DNA from: Somniosus microcephalus | Lineage: Eukaryota | Assembly: GCA_052327205.1 (NCBI GenBank) | Contig: CM126225.1 | Span: 11,532,001-11,596,000 of the forward strand | Reading direction: 5' to 3' | DNA length: 64,000 nucleotides | Shown: positions 11,611 through 24,754 of the stretch, one piece after another | How positions within the stretch are numbered: position 1 is the stretch's first letter | How the letters are laid out: each line of letters begins with the position of its first letter | Position numbers and translations under genes: made by a program | The notes under the pieces: model-generated | What the model saw: the letters and a program-made list of their open reading frames with translations, nothing else | Told to the model about the DNA's origin: nothing | The model's database searches: none

Positions 11611-12789
11611 GAGACAGAACGTTGGTGCCATGCTTAAGTAGAAGATTTGTTTTCAAAGCCGATGGGGTCATGTTGGAGTTTGAGTGAATGCGAAGGGGGA
11701 GGGGGAGGAGGAGTGAAAGGTTAAGGAATAAATACCCTGCCGATACTCAGCTGTTTAGGCTCCCACATGAAGAATGGTCACGTCGGCAAGGTATCACTAG
11801 CCTGCTATGATGAGAGAAGTGCCTTTAAGAGAGGATGGATGAAAAGGGCAAAAAATTGGAAAGAACAGACATCAGTGTCTATTGACACCATTATGTCAGC
11901 CAATGAGTTGGAGGTTAGATGGGACTTATGGCAGGATTCACAGCAAATAGTCTACTTTAGAGTAAACAAAGTCTATTTACTCAGCAAACCGAGTCCTCTT
12001 AAATAGCACACTAAAGCAAACAGTCTACAGAGTCTATTTAAAAAGAGTCTCTGCAAACTGCAGCAAACAGAAACTACAGCAACATCTCCTGATAAAAGCA
12101 GGATTATTTCTCCAGCAAAATGCAGCAAGTGGAGGATAGTTACCTACAAATGATGTACGTAAAATCAATCCCAGTCACTACAGCAGTGTGGTCTCCCCAC
12201 GTAAGTGACGGGGGAATTACCAAATCTTCTCCATTTTGGCCAGGAACAGTGGTGTCAGCCAAAGCTGTATTCTGCTGATCTCACTGCATACATTAATTGA
12301 CTCCCACTCCTCCCTCCAATGCTTCCCTCGTTATTTTCACACTGCATTTATTCTCCTTCCTTGTGCTCAGCTTTTCATACTCTGATCATTTCATGCTTGT
12401 CGCTGCAGATCAGGTGAGCGTTGTTTCAATATGTCGGTATAACCTAGCTTTGTGGCTTTTAATTCCGTGAAGTCAGTGCAGTTTTGATTGCCAAAAGCTC
12501 CAACTGCTATCGGACATCTCCCGGGAATTACTGATGATGAAGGGAACGTGTGTGACCCTCAAAGCTCCTGGAGAGAAACCAACTGTTGTCTAATAAAAAA
12601 ATTATCACAGTTGCGAGAATATAAAGGTTAGGATTGGGAGACATTGTGACATCACAGTGGGCAAAGGACAAATGATAGGAACCATAACCATGGAATATAG
12701 TATTGAAACATTAATCTGCCTTTTATAAGGCTCTTCATCATCCATCAAAAATAGTAAGGCCAGTTGGCTGCAAGTACCTCCAGCAAATG

Positions 12790-13000
12790 GAGTGGGAAAA
12801 TCAGCGCAGAGCTCCCATCCCTGAGTGCTATCCAGTGACGCCCTGACAGAACTCGTGCGTGTCGGCCCAAGACAGGGCCAAGCACAGGCGTGGTTCCCTC
12901 CATGGTCGAATAGTCTGCTTCAACCCATCTTAGCTCATAAACAAAGAACGAATGAGGTACAAGAGACCTGCCGGTGCTCGTGGAACTATAGCCCGGTAAA
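12790..13000 (+). mobile_element. Ancient SINE fragment (AmnSINE2-like, by recall)
   Basis: GCTATCCAGTGAC...GGTCGAATAGTCTGC...GAGGTAC, colinear with the 10170-10440 copy. Confidence 0.45.
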
Positions 13001-13002
13001 GG

Positions 13003-13420
13003 GAAAGACTTGCATTTATATAGCGCCTTTCATGACCTCAAGACACTTTACTGACAATTAGTACATTTTGGAGTGTAGTCACTGCTGTAATGTAGGAAAC
13101 GCGGCAGCCAATTTGCACACAGCAAACTCCCACAAACAGCAATGTGATAATGATCAGATAATCTGTTTTTAGTTGAGGGATAAATATTGGCCAGGATGCC
13201 AGGGAGAAACTCCCCAGCTCTTTTTCACAATAGTGCCATGGGATCTTTCACGTCCACCCGAGAGATTTTACGTCTCATCCGAAAGACGGCACCTCTGACA
13301 GTGCAGCACTCCCTCAGTACTAGCACTGGGAGTGTCAGCTGAGATTTTGTGTTCAAGTGTCGGGAGCGGGACTTGAACCCACAACCTTCGTGACTCAGAG
13401 GCAAGTGTGCGACCCACTGA
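13003..13420 (-). mobile_element. DeuSINE copy
   Basis: Near full-length match to the family. Confidence 0.85.
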
Positions 13421-13990
13421 GAATAAAGAAGGTGGGATATGCAGAAAACCAGGGAAAGAGGACAGGAAAAATGACATAATCCCAGGCAGTTATTTCTGCA
13501 GACACATTCATGGTTTGTGTTGCTTTTAGTGGGGGAGATAGGCTGCGCGTGACTCTGTCTGTCTCTCTCTCTCTCTGCAATCCCAAATGACCTCATTCAA
13601 CATACAAAAATAATTCTCACCCCTTCCACAACAAATACATTCTGAACAACATAAATCATTATTCGGCGAGCTTGTGAAACAAAGAGGATGGATTCCAAGA
13701 GGATATTAGCTGCAGTGTTGTTATCAGATCTCATGGGGGCTGTAAAAAAACCATAGTGAGGTCAATCCTGACGTCTGCAATCTGTTTTTGGTCCTAGAAA
13801 TCTCAGTTTAATACTCTATTAGTACATAGATAATAAAATGCATGTAATGCACTGCTAACCTGGCACTAATCCATGACACACGCCATATTTTGGAAAACTT
13901 TGATTCCGTTTCCAAAAGAACGCTGCAAAAATAGATTTTCTTAAAGGGTCCATGCACCAAAATGCAGTCAATCTGATGAGTATTTTTACA

Positions 13991-14308
13991 GCAGTGACTG
14001 CACTTCAAAAGTACTTCATTGGCTGTAAAGCGCTTTGGGACGTCCTGAGGTCGTGAAAGGCGCTGTAGAAATGCAAGTCTTCTTTTCTTTTTATTACAAA
14101 ATGCCTCAATGAAGGTGATCATACCAAAATTTAGAAGATCTAAGTACAACTATAATCTGTTTTTGTTATGTTGGTTGAGAGATAAATATTGGTCAGGACA
14201 CCGGGGGTAACTCCCCTGCTCTTCTTCGAAATAGTACCTGTGGGATCTTTTACGTCCACCTGAGAGAGCGGACGGGGCCTCGGTTTAACGTCTCATCCAA
14301 AAGACGGA
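13991..14308. mobile_element. DeuSINE pieces: tail on + (13991-14090), body on - (14153-14308)
   Basis: Direct match to other copies in opposite orientations. Confidence 0.7.
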
Positions 14309-14789
14309 TTTGGGGGTCAGAGGAATTACCCAGAAATTGTTTTTTCCTAAATTGGCCTACTTTTTTTGCTTCTCCCAGCAGATTGCATGGCTGTGGGCTG
14401 GGGGTTGGGGGTGGGGAGCGGGGGGCGGGAGGGCAGGAGGGGGGGGAAGGGAATGGGGGAGGGGACAGTGTGCAGAGGTTACACCACGACAGGGTAGGAC
14501 AGGATCACTGGACCAGCTGGTCTGTGGTTCCCTTTTGCATATGTTTGTATTGCCCATCTCTAATGGCTCCGAGAAGGTGGTGATGGGCCTTCTCCCTGAA
14601 CCGCAGCAGCCCCCTGTGATAATACTGATCCCAGAGTGTTCTGCATAAGGACCATTAAAAGAGGGAGCCTCAAGTCAAACCCAAAGAAAAAGCCCCTACT
14701 GCATATCAAACCAAACACTGCAGTGACAAGGTCTGATGAAAGGGCATCGACCTGAAACATGAACTCTCTCTCTACGAATGCTGATCAAA

Positions 14790-15460
14790 AGGTTTAATGG
14801 GATGCTGGCCTTTATATCGAGAGGGCTAGAATACAAGGGGGTAGAAGTTATGCTGCAGCTGTACAAAGCCCTGGTTAGGCCACACATGGAGTACTGTGAG
14901 CAGTTCTGGGCACCACACTTCAAGAAGGAGTTGGATATATTTCTTAAGGCTAAAGGGATCAAGGGGTATGGGGAGAAAGCAGGGACAGGGTACTGAATTT
15001 GGATGATCAGCCATGATCTCATTGAATGGCGGAGCAGGCTCGAGGGGCCGAATGGCCTACTCCTGCTCCTATCTTCTATGTTTCTATGGAAGGATATATT
15101 GGCCTTGGAGGGAGTGCTGCGTAGGTTTACCAGAATGATAAAGGGTTAAATTACAAGGAGAGATTACACAAACTAGGGTTGTATTCCCTGGTTATGGGTT
15201 GATTTGATCAAAGTTTTTAAGATGTTAAGGGGAACTGATAGGGTAGATAGAGAGAAACAATTTCCGCTGGTTGGGGAGTCTAGGACTAGGGGGCAGAGTC
15301 TAAAAATTAGAGCCAGACCATTCAGGAGTCAAATTAGGAAACACTTCTACACACAAAGGGTGGTAGAAGTTTGGAACTATCTTCCGCAAACAGCATTTGA
15401 TGTTAGGTCAATTGTTAATTTTAAATCTGAGATTGATAGATTTTTGTTAACCAAAGGTAT
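14790..15460 (+). mobile_element. CR1 3' fragment with a second (HER1-like) CR1 tail nested at about 14920-15088
   Basis: ...FWAPHF is followed by the KKELDIFLKAKG tail, then the host CR1 resumes at GGAAGGATATATTGGCC. Confidence 0.85.
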
Positions 15461-15461
15461 T

Positions 15462-15940
15462 CTTTTTATTTGTTCCTGGGATGTGGGCGTTGCTGGCAAG
15501 GCCAGCATTTATTGCCCAACCCTAATTGCCCTTGAGAGGGTGGTGGTGAGCCGCCTTCTTGAACCGCTGCAGTCCATGTGTTGAAGATACTCCCACAGTG
15601 CTGTTAGGGAGGGGGTTCCAGGATTTTGACCCAGCGATGATGAAGGAACGACGATATATTTCCAAGTCAGGATGGTATGTAACTTGGAGGGGAACTTGGA
15701 GGTGATGGCATTCCCATGCACCTGCTGCCCTTATCCTTCTAGGTGTAAGAGGTCGCCGGTTTGGGAGGTGCTGCCGAAGAAGCCTTGGCGAGTTGCTGCA
15801 GTGCATCTTGTAGATGGTACACACTGCAGCCACGGTGTGCCAGTGGTGGAGCTAGTGAATATTTAAGGTGGTGGATGGGGTGTCGATCAAGCGGGCTGCT
15901 TTGTCCTGAATGTTGTCGAGCTTCTGGAGTGTTATTGGAG
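15462..15940 (-). mobile_element. CR1-superfamily LINE, second family, inserted in a CR1 tail
   Basis: AAVCTIYKMHCSNSPRLL; the host CR1 tail resumes at about 15955-16076. Confidence 0.8.
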
Positions 15941-16419
15941 CAGTACTCCATATCATTAAGGGATATGAGGCAAAAATGGGTATATGGAGTTAGGTCACAG
16001 ATCAGCCATGATCTCATTGAATGGCAGAACAGGCTCAAGGGGCTAATTGGCCTCCTCCTGTTCCTATGTTCCTATGCCTGGCCGACTGAGAATTTTCCAG
16101 CAATTTCTGTTTTTTATTTCAGAATTCACAGTGACAATTCCTGCTTAACAAAACCTAACCTTGTTAAGAATTTCTTTGTCGGGCTCCTGTGAGTTTGTAC
16201 GATTTGGAAGCGACTGTATCTAATATGGTTTATACTTAATCTTCTCCCAGCTTTGATTCACCTTGTGCTCTAATTAGGTCTCTGTTCCTCTTACGATCTA
16301 CATTTGTCTCCACACATCAGAGCCACCTGAATATTTAAACCCGTTGATAGTTGGGTTTTATTTTTTTCCCCTGAAATAGGGTCACAAAACTGGGTGCAAT
16401 CTGCAGCGACCAAATGCAG

Positions 16420-17450
16420 ACTCCTATTTCTCATCTATATGTTGCCCCTTGGTAACATCATCCGAAAACAGAGCGTCAGTTTCCACATGTACGCTGACGA
16501 CACCTAGCTCTACCTCACTAACTCTTCTCTCGACCCCTCCACAGTCTCTAAATTCTCAGACTGCTTGTCCGACATACAGTTCTGGATAAGCAGAAATTTT
16601 CACCAATTAAATATTGGGAAGACCGAAGACATTGTTTTTGGTCCCTGCCACAAACTCCGTTTATTAGCCACTGACTCCATCCCTCTCCCTAACGTCTGTC
16701 TGAGGCTGAACCGCACTGTTCGCAACCTTGGTCTCATATTTGACCCTGAAATGAGCTTCTGACCACATATCCGCAGCATAACAAAGACCGCCTACTTCCA
16801 CCTCTGTAACATCGCCCGTCTCCGCCCCTGCCTCAGCTCATCCACTGCTGAAACCCTCATTGATGCCTTTGTTACCTCTAGACTTGACTATTCCAATGCA
16901 CTCCTGGCTGGCCACCCACGTTCTACCCTATGTAAACTTGAGGTCATCCAAAACTCGGCTGCCCGTGTCCTAACTCGCACCAAGTCCCGTTCACCCATCA
17001 CCCCTGTGCTCGCTGACCTCCATTTGCTCCCGGTTAAGCAGCGACTCGATTTCAAAATTCTCATCCTTGTTTTCAAATCCCTCCATGGTCTCGTCCTTTC
17101 CTATCTCTGTAATCTCCTTCAGCCCCACAACCCCCTGAGATATTTGTGCTCCTCTAATTCTGCCCTCTTGAGCATCCCCGATTATAATCGCTCAACCTTT
17201 GGTGGCCGTGCCTTCTGTTGCCTGGGTCCTAAGCTCTGGAATTCCCTCCCTAAACCTCTCCACCTCTCTTTCCTCCTTTAAGACGCTCCTTAAAACCTAC
17301 CTCTTTGACCAAGCTTTTTGTCACCTGCCCTAATTTCTCCTTATGTGGCTCGGTGTCAAAATTTTTGTCTTATAATACTCCTGTAAAGCGCCTTGGGACG
17401 TTTTACTACGTTAAAGGCGCTATATAAATACAAGTTATTGTTGTTGTTGT
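16420..17450 (+). mobile_element. L2 LINE 3' fragment (RT C-terminal half and tail)
   Basis: YADDT motif at about 16490; LHLLPVKQRLDFKILILVFKSLHGL; tail TATATAAATACAAGTTATTGTTGTTG. Confidence 0.9.
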
Positions 17451-18159
17451 CCATAACTGGAAAACCTCGGGTTTAAAAACCAGCAGAACAAATTGGGAGG
17501 AGCAAATTAAATGCCACAAGTAAATAATAAACACGAGAGTCTTCACAAGGCACCCTGCTAAAAGGAGTTAACATGGATCATTAGCTGAAGCTCCAGTGTC
17601 TCCTGCCCTTATGGAACTTCAGCTGGCTGTCGGTATGAGGTATGAGACCTAATTAGAGCATCAAAGCTGCCCGTCGGCGAGGGAGGATTGAGTGCTCCCT
17701 GTGCCAGAGGAAACAGCTGCACGCGTTGCAGTTTGCCAGAATTGACATTTCTGCGGGAATTTATCGTTGCGGAGAAAGGGGGATTTTATTCCGTTTAATC
17801 CTAAAATGAGAGGGTTTTGAATATTCTCCTGCTTTGCAGTTCTCACACACAATTTTCCCTGTACTTAAAATCCACATCTACAAACTGGGCTAACCATGTT
17901 CGGTCCCTGCATGACACAAACTGGCAATTCGTGCACTCAGTGTAAACGAGGAAACGGACGCTCTTAACCTGACCATAGAACCACACAGCACAGAAGGCGG
18001 CCATTCGGCCCATCGTGCCTGCGCCAACTCTTTGCAAGAGCTATCCTATTAGTCCCACTCGCCTGCTCTTTCCCCATTGCCCTGCAACATTTTTCACCTA
18101 CATCTCCATTTACCATCCTCGCACTGCTCTTTCCCAACTCTGTCCTTCACTCTGCGGCA

Positions 18160-18530
18160 GACTTGAGCACATAATCCCGGCTGACATTCCCAGTGCAGCA
18201 CTGAGGGTGTACTGCACTGAAGTGTCAGCCTGGACTATGTGCTGGCACTCCAGTGCAGTAAAAGATACCATGGCACTATTTCGAAGAAGAGCAGGGGGAG
18301 TTCTCCCTGGTGTCCTGAGGCCAATATTTATCCCTCAACCAACATCACTAAAACGCATTATCTGGTCATTATCACATTGCAATTTGTGGGATCTTGCTGT
18401 GTGCAAATTGTCTGCCATGTTTCTGAAATTACAACAGCAACTACACTCAAAAAGTACTTCATTGGCTACAAAGTGCCCTGGGATGTCCGGTGGTCCTGAA
18501 AGCCGCTATATAAATACAAGTTCTTTCATT
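18160..18530 (+). mobile_element. DeuSINE copy
   Basis: Matches the family body and tail. Confidence 0.8.
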
Positions 18531-18839
18531 CACTGACCCACATTAATCAGCCTGGACTCCCAGGGAGCTGTTGATAGTTTGAGGCATAGACTGGCTCCAA
18601 CTACCATTCAGGATAAAACTTGGCTGAGTGCCGCATTAACCTGAAGAATCCATCACACACAAAACACAAAGCATTGCTGTGGTTAAACTCGTCTCCCTCA
18701 TTGCTGCTGCTTCACACACCAGCAGAGAGTCCGTGATTTTGCAAGGGCGCTCCCCGACAGGCAGTGGCATGTTAACATGTGCAGTCCCATTCGACCTGAC
18801 ACACAGTGAGAAAAGAAGATGTTGAAATACAATGCATTA

Positions 18840-19362
18840 CTTTGTACAATTCTGGTCGTCATATTATAAAAAGGATATAGAGGAACTGGAGAGGGTGCAT
18901 AAAAAAGATTTACAAGGATGATACCAGAAATGCGAGGGTCTACCTATCAGGAAAGGATGAACAGGCTGGGTCTAAGAGAAGGCTGAGGGGTGACCTAATA
19001 GAGGTCTTTAAAATTATGAAAGGTTTTGATAGAGTGGATACAGAGAGAATGTTTCCACTTGTGGGGAAGAGCATAACTAGAGGCCATCAATATAAGATAG
19101 TCACCAAGAAATCCAATAGGGAATTCAGAATAAACTTCTTTACCCAGAGAGTGGTGAGAATGTGGAACTCGCTACCACAGGGAGTGGTTGAGGTGAATAG
19201 TATCGATACATTTAAGGGGAGGCTGGACAAGCATATGAGGGAGAAGGGAATAGAGGGTTACGCTGATAGATTTAGATGAGGAAAGACGGGAGGAGGCTCG
19301 AGTGGAGCATAAACACCGGCAGGGACTGGTTGGGTCGAATGGTCTGTTTCTGTGCTATGTGT
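18840..19362 (+). mobile_element. CR1 3' fragment
   Basis: MFPLVGKSITRGHQYKIV...FFTQRVVRMWNSLP. Confidence 0.9.
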
Positions 19363-20303
19363 AACATTATTATATATTATTGTATATGATTCTGGGTAGA
19401 TGAGATGGGGGGGAAGAGATGTTGAGAGGGACATGTAGAGATAAATGGGGGTTTGTGGAGAAGCACAGACACTGGCTTCAGCGCTGAACATTATTGGGTA
19501 GTTTACCTCCTTGATCAGTATTTATCTTCGGCAGCGGGACCCGAGCCCCGACCTCCCTCAAAACGTTCAAGTCTTTTACATAGGGGAAAAATACAGATTC
19601 AGCTCTGTGCGTTTTGAATCAACCTGCCCAATCGCACAGCCGCGAGTCACAGCAGCCTTAAGGCTTTATCATTTTCAATAATATTTTCTAAAGTACTTTC
19701 CCAAACGTTTTTCTTAAAAAAGCGCAGAAGAGCAAAAAAAAACACCACACAAACCAAAGTCAAAACACATCATCACCCTGCCACTTGCCAAGCAACGCCG
19801 CTGTTACAATAAACGACATCTAGTACTTGGGCAGCTTTAAGCAAACAAAAACAAACTGGGTTTGCCAAAGATTTGCTTTGCACCCTGACAAGTGAGTGCC
19901 TCTTTTAATATTTACAGCAACTTTTCAGATACGTGTGTGGTCGGCGGATGGTAACATTGCATGCCAGCCCTTCAGTGCAGAACCCAGGCTTGGGATGAGA
20001 CGCGCAGATACTAAACAGACACCTAACAGGCAAGGTAATGAGATGCGAGATGAAATTCTGCTGCATAGCATCTTTGCAACAAGGAAAAAAACACCACCAG
20101 CTCATCCTAAACGAGGAAGCGTGCACTGTCACCTTAAGAAGCATCTTTACAACGTTGCCTTGGCTCTTTGCAGTTGGCTAAATAAACAAAAAAAGCTTTC
20201 ACCGCCACTCGCCCCCTTTTTTTTTGCAATTGATGAGGAAATTAATGGAAAAAGAGAGAGAGAGAGCGAAATAAAGGGGGGAAAGAGTCGGATTGCACCT
20301 TAC

Positions 20304-20388
20304 CTGCTCGCTCCAGCACCTCCGCGGTACCCAGGTCAGCGGAAACTATTGAAGGCAAGTACAGGAGTAACAAAGTGCAAAGTGCCAT
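20304..20388 (-). CDS. First coding exon of an unidentified host gene for a secreted or membrane protein (signal peptide MALCTLLLLYLPSIVSA-DLGTAEVLERA, phase-1 intron)
   Basis: GCGACATGG Kozak context; hydrophobic leader ending VSA; 85 nt followed by a canonical CAG|GTAAGG donor; lies in a TE-free island of about 2 kb. Confidence 0.75.
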
Positions 20389-20950
20389 GTCGCTGCCACC
20401 CCGGTTGGGAGTGTGTTTCAACCGGCTGTCCCCTTGAAGCAGAGGCCGGCGTGAGTGAGGGCGATGCTCAGGTCCACCTCGTTCAGACTTTTACGTCCTG
20501 AGCCCCATCAGAAACAGATGGAAGGGATTTCTCGGGGAGACTTTTTTTTGGGGGGGGTCTGATGTTGAGAGTATCTGGGTTTTTTTTCTCCTTTCCCACC
20601 CTCCTCCTCTCTCTTTGGCTGTCTTTTCTACTGATTATTTTCCCCTCACTCTCTGTTGCTGTGCTTGTTTAAGAACAATGCCGAGCTTGGAGAGAGAGAG
20701 AGAGAGAGCGAGAACGCCACACTCTGTCAGACTCTCAATATAACACGAGCAAAGTGGGACAGAGCGAGAAAGGGGGAAGATTACACCTGACGCCAGACAG
20801 CCAGCCTTGTTCTTATCCATTTCCCACCCAGATCACCAGGCTCCAATCTGATTTCACAAACTCACCTGTCAATCATAACTGCTGAATAATTCATTAACCG
20901 GACTCATTAAAATAAAACTCTCTTCAAACCTGCCATTTTTTTCACCCTCT
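20389..20950 (-). promoter_or_regulatory. Probable 5' UTR / proximal promoter of the host gene
   Basis: Unique sequence directly upstream of the ATG, with retained CpGs, a (GA)n tract at 20690-20710 and purine/pyrimidine tracts. The TSS cannot be located. Confidence 0.5.
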
Positions 20951-21459
20951 GACGGATTTTTAATTAATTTTTTTGCAATTGCTATTGAAGAAATGGTTCT
21001 AAAAACATTTACTTTCAATCCGATTTGTGCGCAATCACTCGCACTCACTTGCACAAACACAAGATAGCGTTAGAACTGGGCTGTTTAAATGGAGTTTTTA
21101 ATATGAGGTGCATGTCCATAAACGCTACACATCCTTCCAAATATATTATTTTAAAAGTGCTCAGATAATTTAACCCTCCGATAGATCTCTTAGCCTGTAT
21201 TGATCAGCCCATTCTGTAACAGGACATGGCTTTCTGTACACCCTCCGTGTTGCATAAAGTGGGGAGTGGAACTAGAAGGAAGCAGAATATCCTTGAGATA
21301 AACTTTTTTTTAAATATACTATTTTAGTTGTGCTGCAAAAATAGCACTTCTGTTCGCCAAGAATTATTCTCACAAATTGTGGCTTTTTGAAAGATGACTG
21401 CATGGTTTCCTTCCCTACACCTTTTTTGCTTTTCCAATTCCTTTTTATTGGTCTAACTT

Positions 21460-21785
21460 TTATTTTTCCACCTTTCACGACCTCAGGACGTCCCAAAGCG
21501 CTTTACAGCCAATGAAGTACTTCATGAAGTGTGGTCACTGTTGCAATGGGCAGCCAATTTGCGCACAGCAAGCTCCCACAGACAGCAACGTGATAATGAC
21601 CAGATCATCTGTTTTTAGTGAAGTTGGATGAGGGGTATTGGCCCCAGGACTCCATTGTTCTTTTCGAAATAGTGGCCTTGGGGTCTTTTACCTCCACCTG
21701 AGAGGGCAGACGGGTCCTTGGTTTAACGTCTCTTCCAAAAGGCAGCACCTCCAACAGTGCAGCGCTGCCTCAGTGCTGCACTGCA
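21460..21785 (-). mobile_element. DeuSINE copy
   Basis: Matches the family body. Confidence 0.8.
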
Positions 21786-21873
21786 GTTACCTTTCACCAC
21801 ACACCGAGAAAAGACAGGCAGCGATGAGACAGCTCTCTAACCAAAGGCGTTGCCAGCAACTTACGGTTGCTTT

Positions 21874-21888
21874 CTCCCCTCTGGTGGC
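21874..21888 (-). promoter_or_regulatory. Possible CTCF site
   Basis: GCCACCAGAGGGGAG on the minus strand resembles the CTCF core; motif match only. Confidence 0.35.
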
Positions 21889-22234
21889 ACAATTCGACAA
21901 CACACTTTTAATGTAATGTTTCTGCTCTTGGGGGTGGGAGGGGGAGGGGTTTGATGGCTGCATATTCCTAGGACAATTGGAGCTCTGAAGACTGAGATCG
22001 ATAGATTTTTGTCGGGTAAGGGTATCACGGGATATGGAGCAAAGGCAGGAAAATGGAGTTGAGGTCCAGATCAGCCATGATCTGATTCAATGGTGGAGCA
22101 GGCCTGAGGGGCCGAATGGCCTCCTCCTACTCCTATGCTCCTACATGACTCAAGCACAGACACCACCCTTGTTGCTCTCACTTCACCTCTGCTCAGTTCT
22201 CAACTTTCCCTCCCCCCCCCGATGACCGTGGGAT

Positions 22235-22752
22235 ATGAACATACGGAAATGACCGAGAGGAACAGACCCACTGGCCCATCCAGCCTCTCCCACACAGTTA
22301 GGATACGCCCCACCCCACCTGGAGACATGAAATCTCCCGGGAGAGATGAAAAAACGAATAAAAAAAAAACAGGCTAATTAGGGAAAAAGAAAACTGGAAA
22401 ATTCCTCTTCCACCCCGTTAGGCGATCAAAGATAGTTCAGGAGATCACATTGGGCCTGAGTCACTTTACAGGATACCTACCTCGTGTGCAAGGTGGTCTC
22501 CGCCTCAGCCAGAAACAGCTCTCGCTCGAAGGAATTCAGCGAATCAGCGTTCTCTGCACGAGCCTGCAACCTGTTCCACGGGTCCAATATCCTCTGGGAA
22601 AAGAAGAACCGCCCAACATCTAACCTAGTTTTGCCCTTACATAACTTGTAAACGTGACCCCTGGGTCCCCCCCGCTAACCTATTCAATTGAAATAACTGG
22701 CCCGCATAAACGCAATCTAGTCCCTTCATTATTTCATAAACCTCGATCAAAT
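22235..22752 (-). mobile_element. CR1 3' fragment of a further subfamily
   Basis: Minus strand reads ...RGHVYKLCKGKTRLDVGRFFFSQRILDPWNRL, typical of the CR1 C-terminus. Confidence 0.65.
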
Positions 22753-22996
22753 GTGTTTGTGTCTCATTGCTCCGTGGTGCAGTTTGGTCATCGCATTTTT
22801 AATGCGACGTTTCTGCGTTTTTAATGCACGTTCTGTTGCTGCAAATCAGCTACATGTCGATTGATCAATGTTAATGATGCATTTATCTCACTATGGCTTA
22901 TGTTCATCCAGTGACCTGTCAATTTTCTCCCCACCTCTCCTGAAGGAACTGATTCATACTGGGGTACTACTCCATAGTGTCCAAGGGGAACAGTAG

Positions 22997-23224
22997 TGAC
23001 GTAAGAAAACTACTAGGCCCTTGGTCTAAGCATTAAACAAATCTTTAATCAACTGTTTTACAACATGGAGGTCTCTTTGTGTCCTTCACTAGTTCCTGTT
23101 AAAGAATGTCCTGCGCAAGCTGGGCCCGTGCCCGAGTATTTATACTCTCCCTGGATAGCACCACCTGTAGGCTGCTCAGTATTATTTCATAAGTCTTTCT
23201 TGCATGAATGACTGATTCATGTCA
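22997..23224 (-). mobile_element. Solo LTR (same family as 61682-61876)
   Basis: Reverse complement of the 61682-61876 copy; TGAC...GTCA termini. Confidence 0.7.
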
Positions 23225-23227
23225 GGC

Positions 23228-23862
23228 AGCCTAGTGGTTCTGCTACTGGACTTGTAATCCAGAGACCTGAGTTCCAAATCCCACCACGGCAGCTGGGGAA
23301 CTTAAATTCAGTTAGTTAAGCTTGGTAGAAGCTAATATCAGTAATGATGACCATGTAACTACTGGATTGTCATAAGAACCCATCTGGTTCACTAATGTCC
23401 TCACCCGGTCTGGCCTATATGTAACTCCAGACCCACAGCAATGTGGTTGATTCTTAATTGCCCTCTGAAATGGCCTAGCAAGCCACTCAATTGTACTAAA
23501 CTGCTATGAGAGTACCTAGGCCCTAAGCTCTGGAACTCCCTCTCTGCCTCTCTACCTCGCTTTCATCCTTTAAGATGCTCCATTAAACCCACCTCTTTGA
23601 CCAAACTTTTTGGTCATCCGCCCTAATTTCTTACGTGGCTCGGTGTCAATTTTCTGGACTTAAAACACTCCTGTGAAGCGCCTTGGGACATTTTACTATG
23701 TTAAAGGCACTACATAAATACAAGTTGTTGTTGTTGTTGTTACTATGCAGACTGCAGCAGTTCAAGGAGGCGGCTCACCACCACCTTCTCAAGGGCAATT
23801 AGGGATGGGTAATAAATGCTGGCCTTTCCAGTGACACCCGCATCCCATGAATGAATTTAAAA
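23228..23862 (+). mobile_element. tRNA-derived SINE sharing its tail with the second CR1-superfamily LINE, interrupted by an L2 tail (about 23518-23742)
   Basis: A/B-box-like head (CTAGTGGT...GAGTTCCAAATCCC). Tail AAGGGCAATTAGGGATGGG...CATCCCATGAATGAAT(A)n is the reverse complement of the LINE ends at 6735 and 58385. Confidence 0.65.
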
Positions 23863-24754
23863 AAAAATCCATACTGGGGTACAGAACCACAGTGTCCCTC
23901 CATACTGGGGTAGAGCTCCTCAGTGTCCATTCTTTATATGTGAGCTTAGACAGTCTATTTAACTGGAACAGTGGGAGAAAATCCAAGGTATAAGAAGTCA
24001 ACAACAGATGCATGCAAGGGGCTGTAATGAGAACCTTAGATGCATTCAAGGCGCAGCTAGATAAGCACATGAGGGAGAAGGGAATAGAAGGTTATACTGA
24101 TAAAGTTAGATGAAGTAGGGTGGGAGGAGGCTCATGTGAAGCATAAACACTGGCATGGACCTGTTGGCCAAAATGGCCTGTTTCTGTGCTGTAGATCCCA
24201 TGCAATTCTATGTAAGCACAATCCAGTCTTCACCTAAACTCCACAAGCATGTACTCCCCAGCAGGAATCACTGGGGAGAGATCGGGAGAAAGAAGCCTTG
24301 CTAATTTTTCCCTCCCTATCCTGGGGACAATGAGGTCAACTATGCCATCTTGCCAGAGATCAGCTACTTCAGGCAAGGGATCAAACCTTGGGCCTTCCTG
24401 TTTTGTTTGGGGTTGCCTTTATGAGGGAAGGCAGGAGGTTGTGGGACTCATTCTCTGCTTTCTTTGGACCAACTAAGGTCCTGCAAAGAATTTTCTGACA
24501 CAACTTGGATGGTGATTAAATTAATTTTGTGCTGATGTGAGTTGAATTGCTTTATTAATCAACATATAAAGCAGTGAAAGCAAAGTAATGAGGCACGAAG
24601 GGTCAAGGGCAGACATCCATAATGCACCAGTGAGTATCCATTACCAAGCTCTACGTGATACAAGACGTGATATGTCATTTTGTACCATGTTGGGTTTGTA
24701 GCTGCTTTGCACCCTCACTATAATGAAGTGAACGTGTTCTGTGGTACACTCTAC

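Noticed and set aside
11900-12200. Possible solo LTR with short internal repeats (AGTCTA, CAGCAAA)
   Set aside because: Termini, TSD and a second copy could not be established.
19896-20501. 201-aa plus-strand ORF
   Set aside because: GTG start, no recognisable domain, and antisense to the better-supported signal-peptide exon.
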